From the NCBI RefSeq assembly GCF_053078305.1, contig NZ_CP166879.1: a stretch of 64,000 bases of DNA; one strand, given 5' to 3'. The number at the start of each line of letters is the position of its first letter. Position 1 is the stretch's first letter. Positions 1-11,316 of the stretch are shown piece after piece. The notes under the pieces are model-generated. The model was not told where the DNA came from. It searched no databases and saw only the letters and a list, made by a program, of their open reading frames with translations. The translations under genes and the position numbers were made by a program.

Positions 1-147
1 ATAACACGCACCAAACGCTTACCTCTCAGGTAGGCGTTTTGACGATAAGCCCAACATCATTAAGCCAATACATACTCCATATCCAACTTGAACAACATCG
101 CGCTTATCGTTAAGGTATGCGCGTTTTTTATCCGCCAGGACCCAATT

Positions 148-738
148 ATGATCACCGTTGCCCTTATAGACGATCACCTCATCGTCCGCTCCGGCTTTGC
201 GCAGTTGCTGGGGCTGGAACCTGATTTGCAAGTAGTTGCCGAGTTTGGTTCGGGGCGCGAGGCGCTGGCGGGGTTGCCGGGGCGCGGTGTGCAGGTGTGT
301 ATTTGCGATATCTCCATGCCTGATATTTCCGGTCTGGAACTGCTAAGCCAACTGCCGAAAGGTATGGCGACAATTATGCTCTCCGTTCATGACAGTCCGG
401 CGCTGGTTGAGCAGGCGCTTAACGCGGGGGCGCGCGGCTTTCTCTCCAAACGTTGTAGCCCTGACGAACTGATTGCTGCGGTGCATACGGTTGCCACGGG
501 CGGCTGTTATCTGACGCCGGATATTGCCATTAAACTGGCATCCGGTCGCCAGGACCCGCTAACCAAACGTGAACGCCAGGTGGCGGAAAAACTGGCGCAA
601 GGAATGGCGGTGAAAGAGATTGCCGCCGAACTGGGCTTGTCACCGAAAACGGTACACGTCCATCGCGCCAACCTGATGGAAAAACTGGGTGTCAGTAACG
701 ACGTTGAACTGGCGCGCCGCATGTTTGATGGCTGGTGA
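148..738 (+). CDS. uhpA: Response regulator UhpA (NarL/FixJ family, LuxR-type HTH)
   Basis: ORF 88..738 translation contains [17 protein letters not shown]...; receiver domain plus C-terminal HTH; likely true start is the internal ATG at 148 giving 196 aa; followed by uhpB, uhpC, uhpT. Confidence 0.9.
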
Positions 739-2240
739 TGAAGACGTTGTTCTCCCGCTTAATTACCGTTATTGCCTGCTTTTTTATCTTCTCTGCCGCA
801 TGGTTTTGCTTGTGGAGTATCAGCCTGCACCTGGTTGAGCGCCCTGATATGGCGGTGCTGTTATTTCCGTTTGGTCTGCGTCTGGGGCTAATGCTGCAAT
901 GTCCGCGCGGATACTGGCCGGTGCTGCTGGGCGCGGAATGGCTGCTGATTTACTGGCTAACGCAGGCGATCGGTTTAACCCATTTTTCCTTATTGATGAT
1001 CGGTAGTTTACTGACGTTACTACCCGTTGCGCTGATCTCGCGCTATCGCCATCAACGTGACTGGCGCACCTTGCTGTTACAGGGGGCGGCCCTGACGGCG
1101 GCGGCTTTGTTGCAGTCGCTGCCCTGGCTTTGGCACGGCAAAGAGTCGTGGAATGCGCTACTACTGACTTTAACTGGCGGCCTGACGCTGGCCCCTATAT
1201 GTCTGGTGTTCTGGCACTATCTCGCCAATAACACCTGGCTGCCGCTCGGCCCGTCGTTAGTTTCTCAACCGATCAACTGGCGCGGGCGGCATCTGGTCTG
1301 GTACTTGCTGCTGTTTGTTATTAGTCTCTGGCTCCAGTTGGGATTGCCGGACGAACTGTCGCGCTTTACGCCATTCTGCCTGGCGCTGCCGATTATCGCG
1401 CTGGCCTGGCACTATGGCTGGCAAGGGGCGCTGATTGCGACGTTGATGAACGCCATCGCGCTGATCGCCAGTCAAACCTGGCGCGATCATCCGGTGGACT
1501 TATTGCTCTCGCTGCTGGTGCAAAGTCTGACAGGGTTGTTACTGGGCGCAGGTATCCAGCGGTTGCGTGAACTTAACCAGTCGCTGCAAAAAGAACTGGC
1601 GCGCAATCAGCATCTGGCTGAACGTTTGTTAGAAACTGAAGAGAGCGTGCGCCGCGACGTGGCGCGTGAGCTGCACGATGATATCGGTCAGACCATCACT
1701 GCCATTCGTACTCAGGCGGGCATTGTCCAGCGACTGGCGGCAGATAACGCCAGCGTGAAGCAGAGCGGGCAACTCATCGAACAACTGTCGCTGGGGGTTT
1801 ACGATGCGGTGCGCCGTTTGTTAGGGCGGTTACGTCCGCGCCAGCTGGATGATCTCACCCTGGAGCAGGCCATCCGCTCACTGATGCGGGAAATGGAGCT
1901 GGAAGGGCGCGGCATTGTCAGCCATCTCGAATGGCGTATCGATGAGTCAGCGTTAAGTGAAAACCAGCGCGTGACGCTGTTTCGCGTCTGCCAGGAAGGG
2001 CTGAACAACATTGTGAAACATGCTGATGCCAGCGCGGTCACCCTGCAAGGCTGGCAGCAGGATGAACGGTTGATGCTGGTGATTGAAGACGATGGTAGCG
2101 GTTTGCCACCGGGTTCCGGGCAACAAGGTTTTGGCCTCACCGGAATGCGCGAGCGCGTAACGGCGCTGGGCGGCACATTACACATTTCCTGTCTGCACGG
2201 CACGCGTGTCAGCGTTTCTCTACCTCAACGTTATGTCTAA
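738..2240 (+). CDS. uhpB: Sensor histidine kinase UhpB
   Basis: 500-aa product [14 protein letters not shown]...; N-terminal membrane domain and C-terminal histidine kinase; ATG overlaps uhpA stop (ATGA). Confidence 0.9.
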   Translation: MKTLFSRLITVIACFFIFSAAWFCLWSISLHLVERPDMAVLLFPFGLRLGLMLQCPRGYWPVLLGAEWLLIYWLTQAIGLTHFSLLMIGSLLTLLPVALISRYRHQRDWRTLLLQGAALTAAALLQSLPWLWHGKESWNALLLTLTGGLTLAPICLVFWHYLANNTWLPLGPSLVSQPINWRGRHLVWYLLLFVISLWLQLGLPDELSRFTPFCLALPIIALAWHYGWQGALIATLMNAIALIASQTWRDHPVDLLLSLLVQSLTGLLLGAGIQRLRELNQSLQKELARNQHLAERLLETEESVRRDVARELHDDIGQTITAIRTQAGIVQRLAADNASVKQSGQLIEQLSLGVYDAVRRLLGRLRPRQLDDLTLEQAIRSLMREMELEGRGIVSHLEWRIDESALSENQRVTLFRVCQEGLNNIVKHADASAVTLQGWQQDERLMLVIEDDGSGLPPGSGQQGFGLTGMRERVTALGGTLHISCLHGTRVSVSLPQRYV

Positions 2241-2249
2241 GGTTCGATG

Positions 2250-3569
2250 ATGTTGCCGTTTCTGAAAGCGCCTGCCGATGCGCCATTAATGACTGACAAA
2301 CATGAAATTGATGCACGCTATCGCTACTGGCGTCGGCATATTCTGCTGACCATCTGGCTGGGTTACGCGCTGTTTTACTTCACACGGAAAAGTTTTAACG
2401 CCGCCGTACCAGAAATCCTTGCTAACGGCGTGCTCAGCCGTAGCGATATCGGCCTGTTAGCGACCCTGTTTTACATTACTTACGGCGTGTCGAAGTTTGT
2501 CTCCGGCATTGTCAGCGATCGCTCAAATGCCCGTTATTTTATGGGGATAGGGCTTATCGCCACGGGCATTATCAACATTCTGTTTGGCTTCTCGACGTCG
2601 CTATGGGCGTTTGCCGTACTCTGGGTGCTGAACGCCTTTTTCCAGGGCTGGGGTTCACCGGTGTGTGCGCGTCTGTTAACCGCCTGGTATTCTCGTACCG
2701 AGCGCGGCGGTTGGTGGGCATTATGGAACACGGCGCATAACGTCGGCGGCGCACTCATTCCCATTGTGATGGCAGCGGCTGCACTACATTACGGCTGGCG
2801 TGCCGGGATGATGATTGCTGGTTGTATGGCGATCGTCGTGGGGATTTTTCTCTGCTGGCGGCTGCGCGATCGCCCGCAGGCGTTAGGTTTACCGGCGGTC
2901 GGTGAATGGCGGCACGACGCGCTGGAGATTGCTCAACAACAAGAAGGGGCAGGGCTGACGCGTAAAGAGATCCTCACCAAGTATGTGTTACTGAATCCGT
3001 ATATCTGGCTGCTTTCGTTTTGCTATGTGCTGGTCTATGTGGTCCGGGCGGCAATCAACGACTGGGGCAATTTGTATATGTCCGAGACGCTGGGCGTCGA
3101 TCTGGTCACGGCGAATACGGCAGTGACGATGTTTGAACTGGGCGGATTTATCGGTGCGCTGGTAGCCGGTTGGGGCTCGGACAAATTGTTTAACGGCAAC
3201 CGTGGGCCGATGAATTTGATTTTCGCCGCCGGAATTTTGCTTTCAGTCGGCTCGCTGTGGCTGATGCCATTTGCCAGCTACGTGATGCAGGCAACCTGCT
3301 TCTTCACTATTGGTTTTTTTGTCTTTGGCCCGCAGATGTTAATCGGCATGGCGGCGGCAGAGTGTTCACACAAAGAGGCGGCAGGGGCGGCGACGGGGTT
3401 TGTCGGCTTGTTTGCTTATCTGGGGGCGTCGCTTGCTGGTTGGCCGCTGGCGAAAGTACTCGATACCTGGCACTGGAGCGGTTTTTTTGTGGTTATCTCT
3501 ATTGCCGCCGGGATTTCCGCACTGCTGTTACTGCCCTTTTTGAACGCCCAGACACCGCGCGAAGCGTGA
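2250..3569 (+). CDS. uhpC: MFS glucose-6-phosphate sensor protein UhpC
   Basis: 439-aa MFS protein MLPFLKAPADAPLMTDK..., paralog of UhpT, in conserved uhpABC order. Confidence 0.9.
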   Translation: MLPFLKAPADAPLMTDKHEIDARYRYWRRHILLTIWLGYALFYFTRKSFNAAVPEILANGVLSRSDIGLLATLFYITYGVSKFVSGIVSDRSNARYFMGIGLIATGIINILFGFSTSLWAFAVLWVLNAFFQGWGSPVCARLLTAWYSRTERGGWWALWNTAHNVGGALIPIVMAAAALHYGWRAGMMIAGCMAIVVGIFLCWRLRDRPQALGLPAVGEWRHDALEIAQQQEGAGLTRKEILTKYVLLNPYIWLLSFCYVLVYVVRAAINDWGNLYMSETLGVDLVTANTAVTMFELGGFIGALVAGWGSDKLFNGNRGPMNLIFAAGILLSVGSLWLMPFASYVMQATCFFTIGFFVFGPQMLIGMAAAECSHKEAAGAATGFVGLFAYLGASLAGWPLAKVLDTWHWSGFFVVISIAAGISALLLLPFLNAQTPREA

Positions 3570-3589
3570 TGCATCTCACCTTTTCACTT

Positions 3590-3706
3590 CATATCCGGCA
3601 AAACTAAGAAATTTTCCAGGTTTTGCCTGGACGCTATCTCAGGCCTGATTTGCTGCTGATTTTTACAATGCATGCCTCACGCAGGTATTCATTTCAGGAG
3701 TAACCC
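3590..3706 (+). promoter_or_regulatory. uhpT promoter/UhpA-CAP control region (position inferred from context only)
   Basis: non-coding interval between uhpC stop and uhpT start with RBS aggag before the ATG at 3707; binding sites not individually mapped. Confidence 0.4.
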
Positions 3707-5098
3707 ATGCTGGCTTTCTTAAACCAGGTCCGCAAGCCGACCCTGGACCTTCCGCTCGAAGTGCGGCGCAAAATGTGGTTCAAACCGTTCATGCAATCCT
3801 ACCTGGTGGTCTTTATCGGCTACCTGACGATGTACCTGATTCGCAAGAACTTTAACATCGCGCAGAACGATATGATTTCGACCTACGGGTTGAGCATGAC
3901 GCAGCTGGGGATGATCGGCCTGGGTTTCTCCATCACTTATGGCGTGGGTAAAACGCTGGTTTCCTACTACGCCGACGGCAAAAACACCAAACAATTCCTG
4001 CCGTTCATGCTGATCCTGTCTGCCATTTGTATGCTGGGCTTCAGTGCCAGTATGGGCAGCGGCTCGGTTAGCCTGTTCCTGATGATTGCCTTCTACGCCT
4101 TAAGCGGCTTTTTCCAGAGCACCGGCGGTTCGTGCAGTTACTCCACCATCACCAAATGGACGCCGCGTCGTAAGCGCGGGACCTTCCTCGGTTTCTGGAA
4201 CATTTCTCACAACCTTGGCGGTGCAGGTGCAGCAGGTGTGGCGCTGTTCGGCGCAAATTACCTGTTCGATGGTCATGTTATCGGCATGTTTATCTTCCCG
4301 TCGATTATCGCGCTGATTGTCGGTTTTATCGGCCTGCGTTACGGCAGCGACTCCCCGGAATCTTATGGCCTCGGCAAAGCTGAAGAACTGTTCGGCGAGG
4401 AGATCAGCGAAGAGGACAAAGAGACAGAATCTACCGATATGACCAAGTGGCAGATCTTTGTTGAGTATGTGCTGAAAAACAAAGTGATCTGGCTGCTGTG
4501 CTTCGCCAACATTTTCCTCTATGTGGTACGTATTGGTATCGACCAGTGGTCAACCGTATACGCGTTCCAGGAACTGAAACTCTCTAAAGCGGTGGCGATT
4601 CAGGGCTTTACGCTGTTTGAAGCTGGTGCGCTGGTCGGTACGCTGCTGTGGGGCTGGCTCTCTGACCTGGCGAACGGTCGCCGTGGCCTGGTGGCCTGCA
4701 TCGCGCTGGCGCTGATTATCGCCACGCTCGGTGTGTATCAACATGCCAGCAACGAATATATCTATCTGGCTTCTCTCTTTGCGTTGGGTTTCCTGGTCTT
4801 TGGCCCGCAATTGTTGATTGGTGTGGCTGCTGTTGGTTTTGTACCTAAAAAAGCGATTGGTGCTGCCGATGGTATTAAAGGCACCTTTGCTTACCTGATT
4901 GGTGACAGCTTTGCCAAGTTAGGTCTGGGAATGATTGCCGATGGGACGCCGGTATTCGGCCTTACCGGCTGGGCAGGCACCTTCGCCGCACTTGATATCG
5001 CCGCGATTGGTTGTATCTGCCTGATGGCGATAGTGGCGGTGATGGAAGAACGCAAAATCCGCCGCGAGAAAAAAATTCAGCAGTTGACAGTGGCATAA
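3707..5098 (+). CDS. uhpT: Hexose-phosphate:phosphate antiporter UhpT (MFS)
   Basis: 463-aa MFS protein [32 protein letters not shown]... Confidence 0.95.
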
Positions 5099-5116
5099 AC
5101 GTAACTGGTGACTTTT

Positions 5117-5143
5117 GCCCGGCATGACGCCGGGCTTTTTTTA
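5117..5143. terminator. Bidirectional rho-independent terminator between convergent uhpT and ade
   Basis: stem gcccggc / gccgggc (5117-5135) followed by T7 run (5136-5142); A-rich on the other side. Confidence 0.7.
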
Positions 5144-6907
5144 TTCCGTGACTTCCAGCGTGGTGAAGGCAAACTTCTCGCCATCAAATAGCCCCTGACT
5201 GGTTAGTTTCAGCGCGGGGATCACTGGCAGAGAAAGAAACGCCATCTGAATAAACGGCTCATCGGGTAACGGACCGCATTCACGGGCGGCGGCTTTCAAG
5301 GCGTCAATTTGCTCGGCCAGCGACTGCGCCGTGTCGGTGCTCATCAGCCCGGCAATGGGCAACGGTAGATGACTTTGTACCTGGCCGTTACGTACCACGC
5401 ACAACCCGCCGCCATCCTGAATCACCTGATTGACCGCCAGCGCCATCTCTTCGGCACTGCGACCGATCACCACAATATTATGGCTGTCATGGCTGACCGT
5501 CGCAGCCAGCGCGCCTTCATTCAGGCCAAAGCCGCCGAGCAAACCACAGGCCGGAGCCAGACGTTGCCCGTAACGCTCAAGTACGGCAATAAAGCACACA
5601 TCATCGCGATCAAAACCATTTTCGCTGTAGACGCTGGAGCGGGAGTGCGTAATCAATTCGTTATGGATGACGTCAATGACCCGATAGCGTTTTCCGGGCG
5701 TGAATTGCAGGGCAAAGTCGCTGGCGGAAACTGGCTGGCGGGCAATGGTATTGCCATACGGCGGAGCGGATTGTGCCAGTCTCGCCGACTCTTCCGCCTG
5801 TAAGGTTTGCGCGTCAATCGGTTCGCCTTTCACCAGTACCTGCTGCACCGTGACCTTACGCGCATCGCTCAACAGGACGATATCGGCCTGCTTTCCGGGT
5901 GCCAGTAAGCCGAGGTGATTCAGACCAAAGTGGCGCGCCGTCGACCAGCTGGCGACGCGATATGCCACATGCAGCGGCACATTGTGTTGTTCGATCAGGC
6001 GGCGAATTAAGGCATCGATATGCCCTTCATGAGCGATTTCCCACGGGTTACGGTCATCGGTACAGAGCATGCATTGCGGGCTGTTAAATTCGTTGATCAA
6101 CGGTGCCAGTGCGTTGAGATTGCGGGCAGCGGACCCTTCGCGGATCATCAACGACATGCCGAGTTGTAATTTCCGCCGTCCTTCTTCCAGCTGATAACTT
6201 TCGTGGCAGTTTTCAATACCCGCAGCAATATAGGCGTTAAGTTCTTTACCACCCAAACCCGGGCAGTGACCGTCCAGCGTCAGGTGGCGAAATGCATCCA
6301 GTTTATCGAGCAGCGCATTCTGCCCGCTAATTACGCCAGGGTAGTCCATCATTTCTGCAAGGCCGGTAACCTGCGGATGGTCCCGCCAGGCGAGCATCTG
6401 TTCAAGGGTAAAACTGGCACCGTTAACATCGCAGCCTTCCAGAGCGGGCACGCAAGAGCTGACCTGTAAGTACTGGTTTTGCCTTGCCTGTTCGGCACAG
6501 CGGGCAAACCAGGCGAATCCGGCTTCGCCCATCACGTTGACGATTTCATGAGGGTCGCAAATAACGGTCGTCAGGCCGCGCGGCAGAGTAGCGGTTTCAA
6601 AGGTGACCGGCGTCATCATGCTGGATTCAATATGCAGGTGAGCATCAATAAACCCTGGCACCGCCGTTGCGCCGCGGGCATCAATCCGCTGCAAAGCCGG
6701 AGCATCAGTGTATTCTGCGCCAACACCGGCAATGTAACGTCCTTTAATCACAATTGGGCCGGAAATTTCTCCGCCATTGATCAGGTCGAGAATAGAGACA
6801 TTATCAATAATATAATCGGCAACAGCGTCGCCACGGGAAACGGCTAACAATTCCTGGTATTCAGCCCGGCTAATGTGATGAAATTTATGGTTAATAGAAT
6901 TATTCAT
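5141..6907 (-). CDS. ade: Adenine deaminase
   Basis: 588-aa product [27 protein letters not shown]...; amidohydrolase metal-binding motifs (DAHLHIES). Confidence 0.9.
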   Translation of the reverse strand: MNNSINHKFHHISRAEYQELLAVSRGDAVADYIIDNVSILDLINGGEISGPIVIKGRYIAGVGAEYTDAPALQRIDARGATAVPGFIDAHLHIESSMMTPVTFETATLPRGLTTVICDPHEIVNVMGEAGFAWFARCAEQARQNQYLQVSSCVPALEGCDVNGASFTLEQMLAWRDHPQVTGLAEMMDYPGVISGQNALLDKLDAFRHLTLDGHCPGLGGKELNAYIAAGIENCHESYQLEEGRRKLQLGMSLMIREGSAARNLNALAPLINEFNSPQCMLCTDDRNPWEIAHEGHIDALIRRLIEQHNVPLHVAYRVASWSTARHFGLNHLGLLAPGKQADIVLLSDARKVTVQQVLVKGEPIDAQTLQAEESARLAQSAPPYGNTIARQPVSASDFALQFTPGKRYRVIDVIHNELITHSRSSVYSENGFDRDDVCFIAVLERYGQRLAPACGLLGGFGLNEGALAATVSHDSHNIVVIGRSAEEMALAVNQVIQDGGGLCVVRNGQVQSHLPLPIAGLMSTDTAQSLAEQIDALKAAARECGPLPDEPFIQMAFLSLPVIPALKLTSQGLFDGEKFAFTTLEVTE

Positions 6908-7081
6908 ATTTTTCTCATTTTGATTTTATCAATTTGATTATTATTTATCATAAAGAAACGTCGCGAGATTATTAAAGAATATCCATTAATGTGCAATTGA
7001 AATGTGATAATTATCACTGAACCGTTGTTGTCATTTGTTTTACAAAAGCAAGGGATTAAATCTCCTCCAATGGACAAAAAA

Positions 7082-8416
7082 ATGAATAATGACAATACCG
7101 ATTACGTGAGTAATGAATCAGGGACGCTTTCGCGATTATTTAAACTACCTCAGCATGGGACCACCGTCCGCACAGAATTGATTGCGGGGATGACCACTTT
7201 TTTAACCATGGTGTACATCGTTTTTGTGAACCCGCAAATCCTCGGCGCGGCACAAATGGACCCGAAAGTGGTGTTTGTTACCACCTGTTTGATTGCCGGT
7301 ATCGGCAGTATTGCGATGGGGATATTTGCTAACTTACCCGTGGCGCTGGCTCCGGCAATGGGGCTGAACGCCTTCTTTGCCTTCGTGGTCGTGGGGGCTA
7401 TGGGGATCTCCTGGCAAACCGGGATGGGCGCGATATTCTGGGGTGCAATTGGGCTATTTTTGCTCACGCTGTTTCGTATCCGGTACTGGATGATCTCCAA
7501 CATTCCATTAAGTTTACGTATTGGTATCACCAGCGGAATTGGATTATTTATCGCCTTAATGGGATTAAAAAATACTGGCGTTATTGTCGCCAATAAAGAC
7601 ACTCTGGTGATGATTGGCGATTTAAGTTCTCACGGCGTGTTGTTAGGTATTTTAGGGTTTTTTATTATAACCGTGTTGTCATCACGTCATTTTCATGCCG
7701 CGGTGCTGGTTTCTATTGTGGTGACGTCTTGCTGTGGATTATTTTTCGGTGATGTTCATTTTAGCGGCGTCTATTCCATTCCGCCTGATATTAGCGGCGT
7801 CATTGGTGAAGTAGATTTGAGCGGCGCGTTAACACTTGAACTCGCCGGTATCATTTTCTCCTTTATGCTGATCAACCTATTTGATTCATCAGGAACATTA
7901 ATTGGTGTAACTGATAAAGCTGGCTTAATAGATAGTAACGGTAAATTCCCCAATATGAATAAGGCGCTGTATGTTGATAGCGTCAGTTCGGTGGCGGGTG
8001 CGTTTATCGGCACCTCGTCTGTTACTGCCTATATTGAAAGTACTTCTGGTGTGGCAGTCGGTGGCCGCACGGGGCTGACTGCGGTTGTGGTTGGCGTTAT
8101 GTTCCTGTTGGTTATGTTCTTCTCACCGCTGGTGGCGATGGTTCCTCCTTACGCAACCGCTGGAGCGTTAATCTTTGTTGGCGTGCTGATGACTTCGAGC
8201 CTGGCGCGCGTTAACTGGGATGATTTTACCGAATCGGTGCCTGCGTTTATTACCACGGTGATGATGCCCTTTACTTTCTCGATCACCGAAGGGATTGCAC
8301 TCGGCTTTATGTCGTACTGCATCATGAAAGTGTGCACCGGGCGCTGGCGCGATCTGAACCTGTGTGTGGTGGTGGTCGCAGCTCTGTTTGCACTGAAGAT
8401 TATTCTGGTGGATTAG
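7082..8416 (+). CDS. adeQ: Adenine permease (NCS2 family), AdeQ/YicO
   Basis: ORF 7004..8416; conserved 444-aa protein begins at MNNDNTDYVSNESGTLSRLFKLP (ATG at 7082); multi-TM permease. Confidence 0.85.
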   Translation: MNNDNTDYVSNESGTLSRLFKLPQHGTTVRTELIAGMTTFLTMVYIVFVNPQILGAAQMDPKVVFVTTCLIAGIGSIAMGIFANLPVALAPAMGLNAFFAFVVVGAMGISWQTGMGAIFWGAIGLFLLTLFRIRYWMISNIPLSLRIGITSGIGLFIALMGLKNTGVIVANKDTLVMIGDLSSHGVLLGILGFFIITVLSSRHFHAAVLVSIVVTSCCGLFFGDVHFSGVYSIPPDISGVIGEVDLSGALTLELAGIIFSFMLINLFDSSGTLIGVTDKAGLIDSNGKFPNMNKALYVDSVSSVAGAFIGTSSVTAYIESTSGVAVGGRTGLTAVVVGVMFLLVMFFSPLVAMVPPYATAGALIFVGVLMTSSLARVNWDDFTESVPAFITTVMMPFTFSITEGIALGFMSYCIMKVCTGRWRDLNLCVVVVAALFALKIILVD

Positions 8417-8441
8417 TAACTGGCGAGGGTTTCCAGATATC

Positions 8442-8921
8442 ATGAGTTCTGATTACGCAGGAGAACTCATGATCTGGATAATGCTCGCCACGCTGGCGGT
8501 AGTGTTTGTGGTTGGTTTTCGGGTGCTGACATCCGGGGCCAGAAAAGCGATTCGCCGTCTCAGCGATCGGCTGAATATCGATGTCGTACCCGTGGAGTCG
8601 ATGGTCGATCAAATGGGAAAGTCAGCTGGTGACGAATTTTTACGTTATTTGCATCGTCCGGATGAGTCGCACCTGCAAAACGCCGCGCAGGTGTTGCTCA
8701 TCTGGCAAATTGTCATTGTCGATGGTAGCGAACAGAACCTGCTGCAATGGCATCGGATTTTACAAAAAGCCCGCCTTGCCGCGCCGATTACCGATGCTCA
8801 GGTCAGGCTGGCGCTGGGTTTTCTGCGCGAAACTGAACCTGAAATGCAGGATATTAATGCTTTTCAGATGCGCTATAACGCATTCTTTCAGCCTGCCGAG
8901 GGCGTTCACTGGCTGCATTAA
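8442..8921 (+). CDS. yicN: Inner-membrane protein YicN (DUF1198)
   Basis: ORF translation ...MIWIMLATLAVVFVVGFRVLTSGARKAIRRL...; start codon choice (8442 vs 8469) uncertain. Confidence 0.7.
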   Translation: MSSDYAGELMIWIMLATLAVVFVVGFRVLTSGARKAIRRLSDRLNIDVVPVESMVDQMGKSAGDEFLRYLHRPDESHLQNAAQVLLIWQIVIVDGSEQNLLQWHRILQKARLAAPITDAQVRLALGFLRETEPEMQDINAFQMRYNAFFQPAEGVHWLH

Positions 8922-8968
8922 AACCGCTTCGTCTTATCAGCCAACAGACCGTGCCTGACCTGTCGAGT

Positions 8969-8994
8969 GGATAAGGCGTTCACGCCGCGTCCGG
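8969..8994. repeat. REP (repetitive extragenic palindromic) element
   Basis: ggataaggcgttcacgccgcgtccgg closely matches the E. coli REP consensus (GGATAAGGCGTTCACGCCGCATCCGG), just downstream of yicN. Confidence 0.45.
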
Positions 8995-9035
8995 TATCGG
9001 AACTGACAGTAGGTGACGCATTATCTACGTTCTAT

Positions 9036-9359
9036 TTACAGCAGCACATCCAGCCCGTGTTTTTGCACAATGCTGAGCAGTTTTAATGAAATGCCATTGG
9101 GGCGTTTAGCGCCACTTTCCCATTTTTGTACAGTTGAAACGCTGGTATTGAGATAGTGAGCGAAGACGGGCTGACTCACTTTTAATTTTTCCCGCAGTGC
9201 TTTTATCTCAACAGGTTGTAAGTCTTGCACGCTGGTCAGGCAGGCTTTGTCAAAAGTACGCATTGTTTCGGCAGAAATAGCATCGACGCTGGACAATCCA
9301 GCCGCTGCGCTGTGAATAGCCTCAAATGCAGGACTTTTAAATTTAGTTTTTGCAGTCAT
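9036..9359 (-). CDS. XRE-family HTH antitoxin (putative)
   Basis: 107-aa ORF with C-terminal helix-turn-helix LKALREKLKVSQPVFAHYLNTSVSTVQKWESG; translationally coupled to the upstream toxin-like ORF. Confidence 0.6.
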   Translation of the reverse strand: MTAKTKFKSPAFEAIHSAAAGLSSVDAISAETMRTFDKACLTSVQDLQPVEIKALREKLKVSQPVFAHYLNTSVSTVQKWESGAKRPNGISLKLLSIVQKHGLDVLL

Positions 9360-9702
9360 AGCAGATCTCTGTCAGTTCTTTAGTGTTAATCATTGCTGTT
9401 AGCTGGGCTTTCGTCAGGAAGGCATAATGCTTTGCAAGTTCACGAAACCCAGCCAGTTCCTGACTATTGATGTTCGACATATCCTGTTTTGCATATAAAA
9501 ACGTGTAAAACCAATTGCTTCCCCCTTTTGCCAGAATAATTGCACGCTCACGATTTTGGTGAAGGCGCTTTTTAAAAACGCCACCACCAAGTGCATCAGC
9601 TTTACCTTGCTCCGTTTCTAAAATGGCCCGGCACAACTCTTCATCTGTTATTGCATGAGACCTGGCTTCCCTTGCAAACCATTTGGTTTTAAACACGCGC
9701 AT
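9343..9702 (-). CDS. RelE/ParE-superfamily toxin (type II TA system, putative)
   Basis: 119-aa ORF MRVFKTKWFAREARSHAITDEELCRAILE...GGGVFKKRL...KGGSNWFYTFLYAKQD, pattern typical of RelE-like toxins; overlaps downstream HTH gene by 17 nt. Confidence 0.6.
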   Translation of the reverse strand: MRVFKTKWFAREARSHAITDEELCRAILETEQGKADALGGGVFKKRLHQNRERAIILAKGGSNWFYTFLYAKQDMSNINSQELAGFRELAKHYAFLTKAQLTAMINTKELTEICYDCKN

Positions 9703-9929
9703 ATCGTTGAGGTCCTGTTATTAAAGTATATCACCAAGTGCAATACTTTATCCCTTATTCCCAACCCAATCGCGAAAATGCATATCAGCTTGCCCTATGA
9801 TTTTTATTTCTTCGAGCAGCCTCGAACTTTTCCCACAACACCGTAAAAGTTGCAAAAACGTTAAATGTGTCACACATTTCAATGTTAAAGTGGTCGGCTT
9901 TTCCCCTGAAACATGCCACGGGTAACACC

Positions 9930-11114
9930 ATGAGTGAATTTATTGCCGAAAACCGCGGCGCGGATGCCATCACCCGACCGAACTGGTCAGCCGTTTTCTC
10001 GGTGGCGTTTTGCGTCGCCTGTCTGATTATCGTTGAGTTTTTGCCCGTCAGTTTGTTGACGCCAATGGCCCAGGATTTAGGCATTTCGGAAGGGGTTGCC
10101 GGGCAATCGGTGACCGTGACCGCCTTTGTGGCAATGTTTGCCAGTTTGTTTATTACCCAGACAATTCAGGCCACTGACCGCCGCTACGTTGTTATTTTGT
10201 TTGCCGTTTTGCTGACGCTCTCCTGTTTGCTGGTTTCCTTTGCTAACTCATTCAGTTTGCTTTTAATCGGTCGTGCCTGTCTGGGGCTGGCGCTGGGCGG
10301 GTTCTGGGCGATGTCGGCGTCGCTGACCATGCGTCTGGTGCCGCCGCGTACGGTGCCGAAGGCGCTGTCGGTGATCTTCGGCGCGGTTTCTATTGCGCTG
10401 GTGATTGCCGCGCCGTTGGGCAGTTTTTTAGGCGAGCTTATCGGTTGGCGCAATGTCTTTAATGCGGCGGCGGTGATGGGCGTGCTGTGTATTTTCTGGA
10501 TTATCAAATCATTGCCTTCACTGCCAGGCGAACCCTCGCATCAGAAACAAAATACTTTCCGCTTATTACAACGTCCGGGTGTGATGGCAGGGATGATCGC
10601 CATCTTCATGTCTTTCGCCGGGCAGTTTGCTTTCTTCACGTATATTCGCCCGGTGTACATGAACCTGGCGGGATTCGGTGTGGATGGCTTAACGCTGGTG
10701 CTGTTAAGTTTTGGTATCGCCAGCTTTATCGGTACGTCGCTTTCGTCGTTCATTCTTAAACGTTCGGTAAAACTGGCCTTAGCAGGCGCGCCGTTAATAC
10801 TGGCTGTGAGTGCGTTGGTGCTGACGTTGTGGGGAAGCGATAAAATCGTTGCTACCGGCGTGGCGATTATCTGGGGGCTAACTTTTGCATTGGTTCCTGT
10901 CGGCTGGTCAACGTGGATCACCCGCTCACTGGCCGATCAGGCAGAAAAAGCCGGGTCTATTCAGGTGGCGGTTATTCAGCTTGCTAATACCTGTGGTGCG
11001 GCAATCGGTGGTTATGCGCTGGATAATATTGGTCTGACTTCGCCGTTGATGTTGTCCGGCACATTGATGTTGCTGACGGCGTTATTGGTCACCGCAAAGG
11101 TGAAAATGAAGTAA
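9930..11114 (+). CDS. nepI: Purine ribonucleoside efflux pump NepI (MFS)
   Basis: ORF 9867..11114; conserved protein begins [27 protein letters not shown] (ATG 9930); 12-TM MFS. Confidence 0.85.
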   Translation: MSEFIAENRGADAITRPNWSAVFSVAFCVACLIIVEFLPVSLLTPMAQDLGISEGVAGQSVTVTAFVAMFASLFITQTIQATDRRYVVILFAVLLTLSCLLVSFANSFSLLLIGRACLGLALGGFWAMSASLTMRLVPPRTVPKALSVIFGAVSIALVIAAPLGSFLGELIGWRNVFNAAAVMGVLCIFWIIKSLPSLPGEPSHQKQNTFRLLQRPGVMAGMIAIFMSFAGQFAFFTYIRPVYMNLAGFGVDGLTLVLLSFGIASFIGTSLSSFILKRSVKLALAGAPLILAVSALVLTLWGSDKIVATGVAIIWGLTFALVPVGWSTWITRSLADQAEKAGSIQVAVIQLANTCGAAIGGYALDNIGLTSPLMLSGTLMLLTALLVTAKVKMK

Positions 11115-11316
11115 CGTATTTACAGGAGGGGTTACTGCTCTGGCGGGAAAGCTCTCCTGTTCTACCTCCTGATAACCCTTGATCAGGTATTGTTCTTATC
11201 TTGTTGTTATTTCTATTCTTCCACCTGAATTCATCATTTGCTAATCATGAATCATCATTTTCCCTCATGTTAAAGAAAGGTCATTTAATCTGAACGCATA
11301 GCGACAGGGATGACAA

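Noticed and set aside
88-147. N-terminal extension of the uhpA ORF (start at 88)
   Set aside because: The conserved UhpA N-terminus MITVALIDD starts at 148; the upstream in-frame ATG gives a non-conserved hydrophobic leader.
3257-3607. 116-aa plus-strand ORF in an alternative frame
   Set aside because: Lies entirely within uhpC in another frame; uhpC is well supported.
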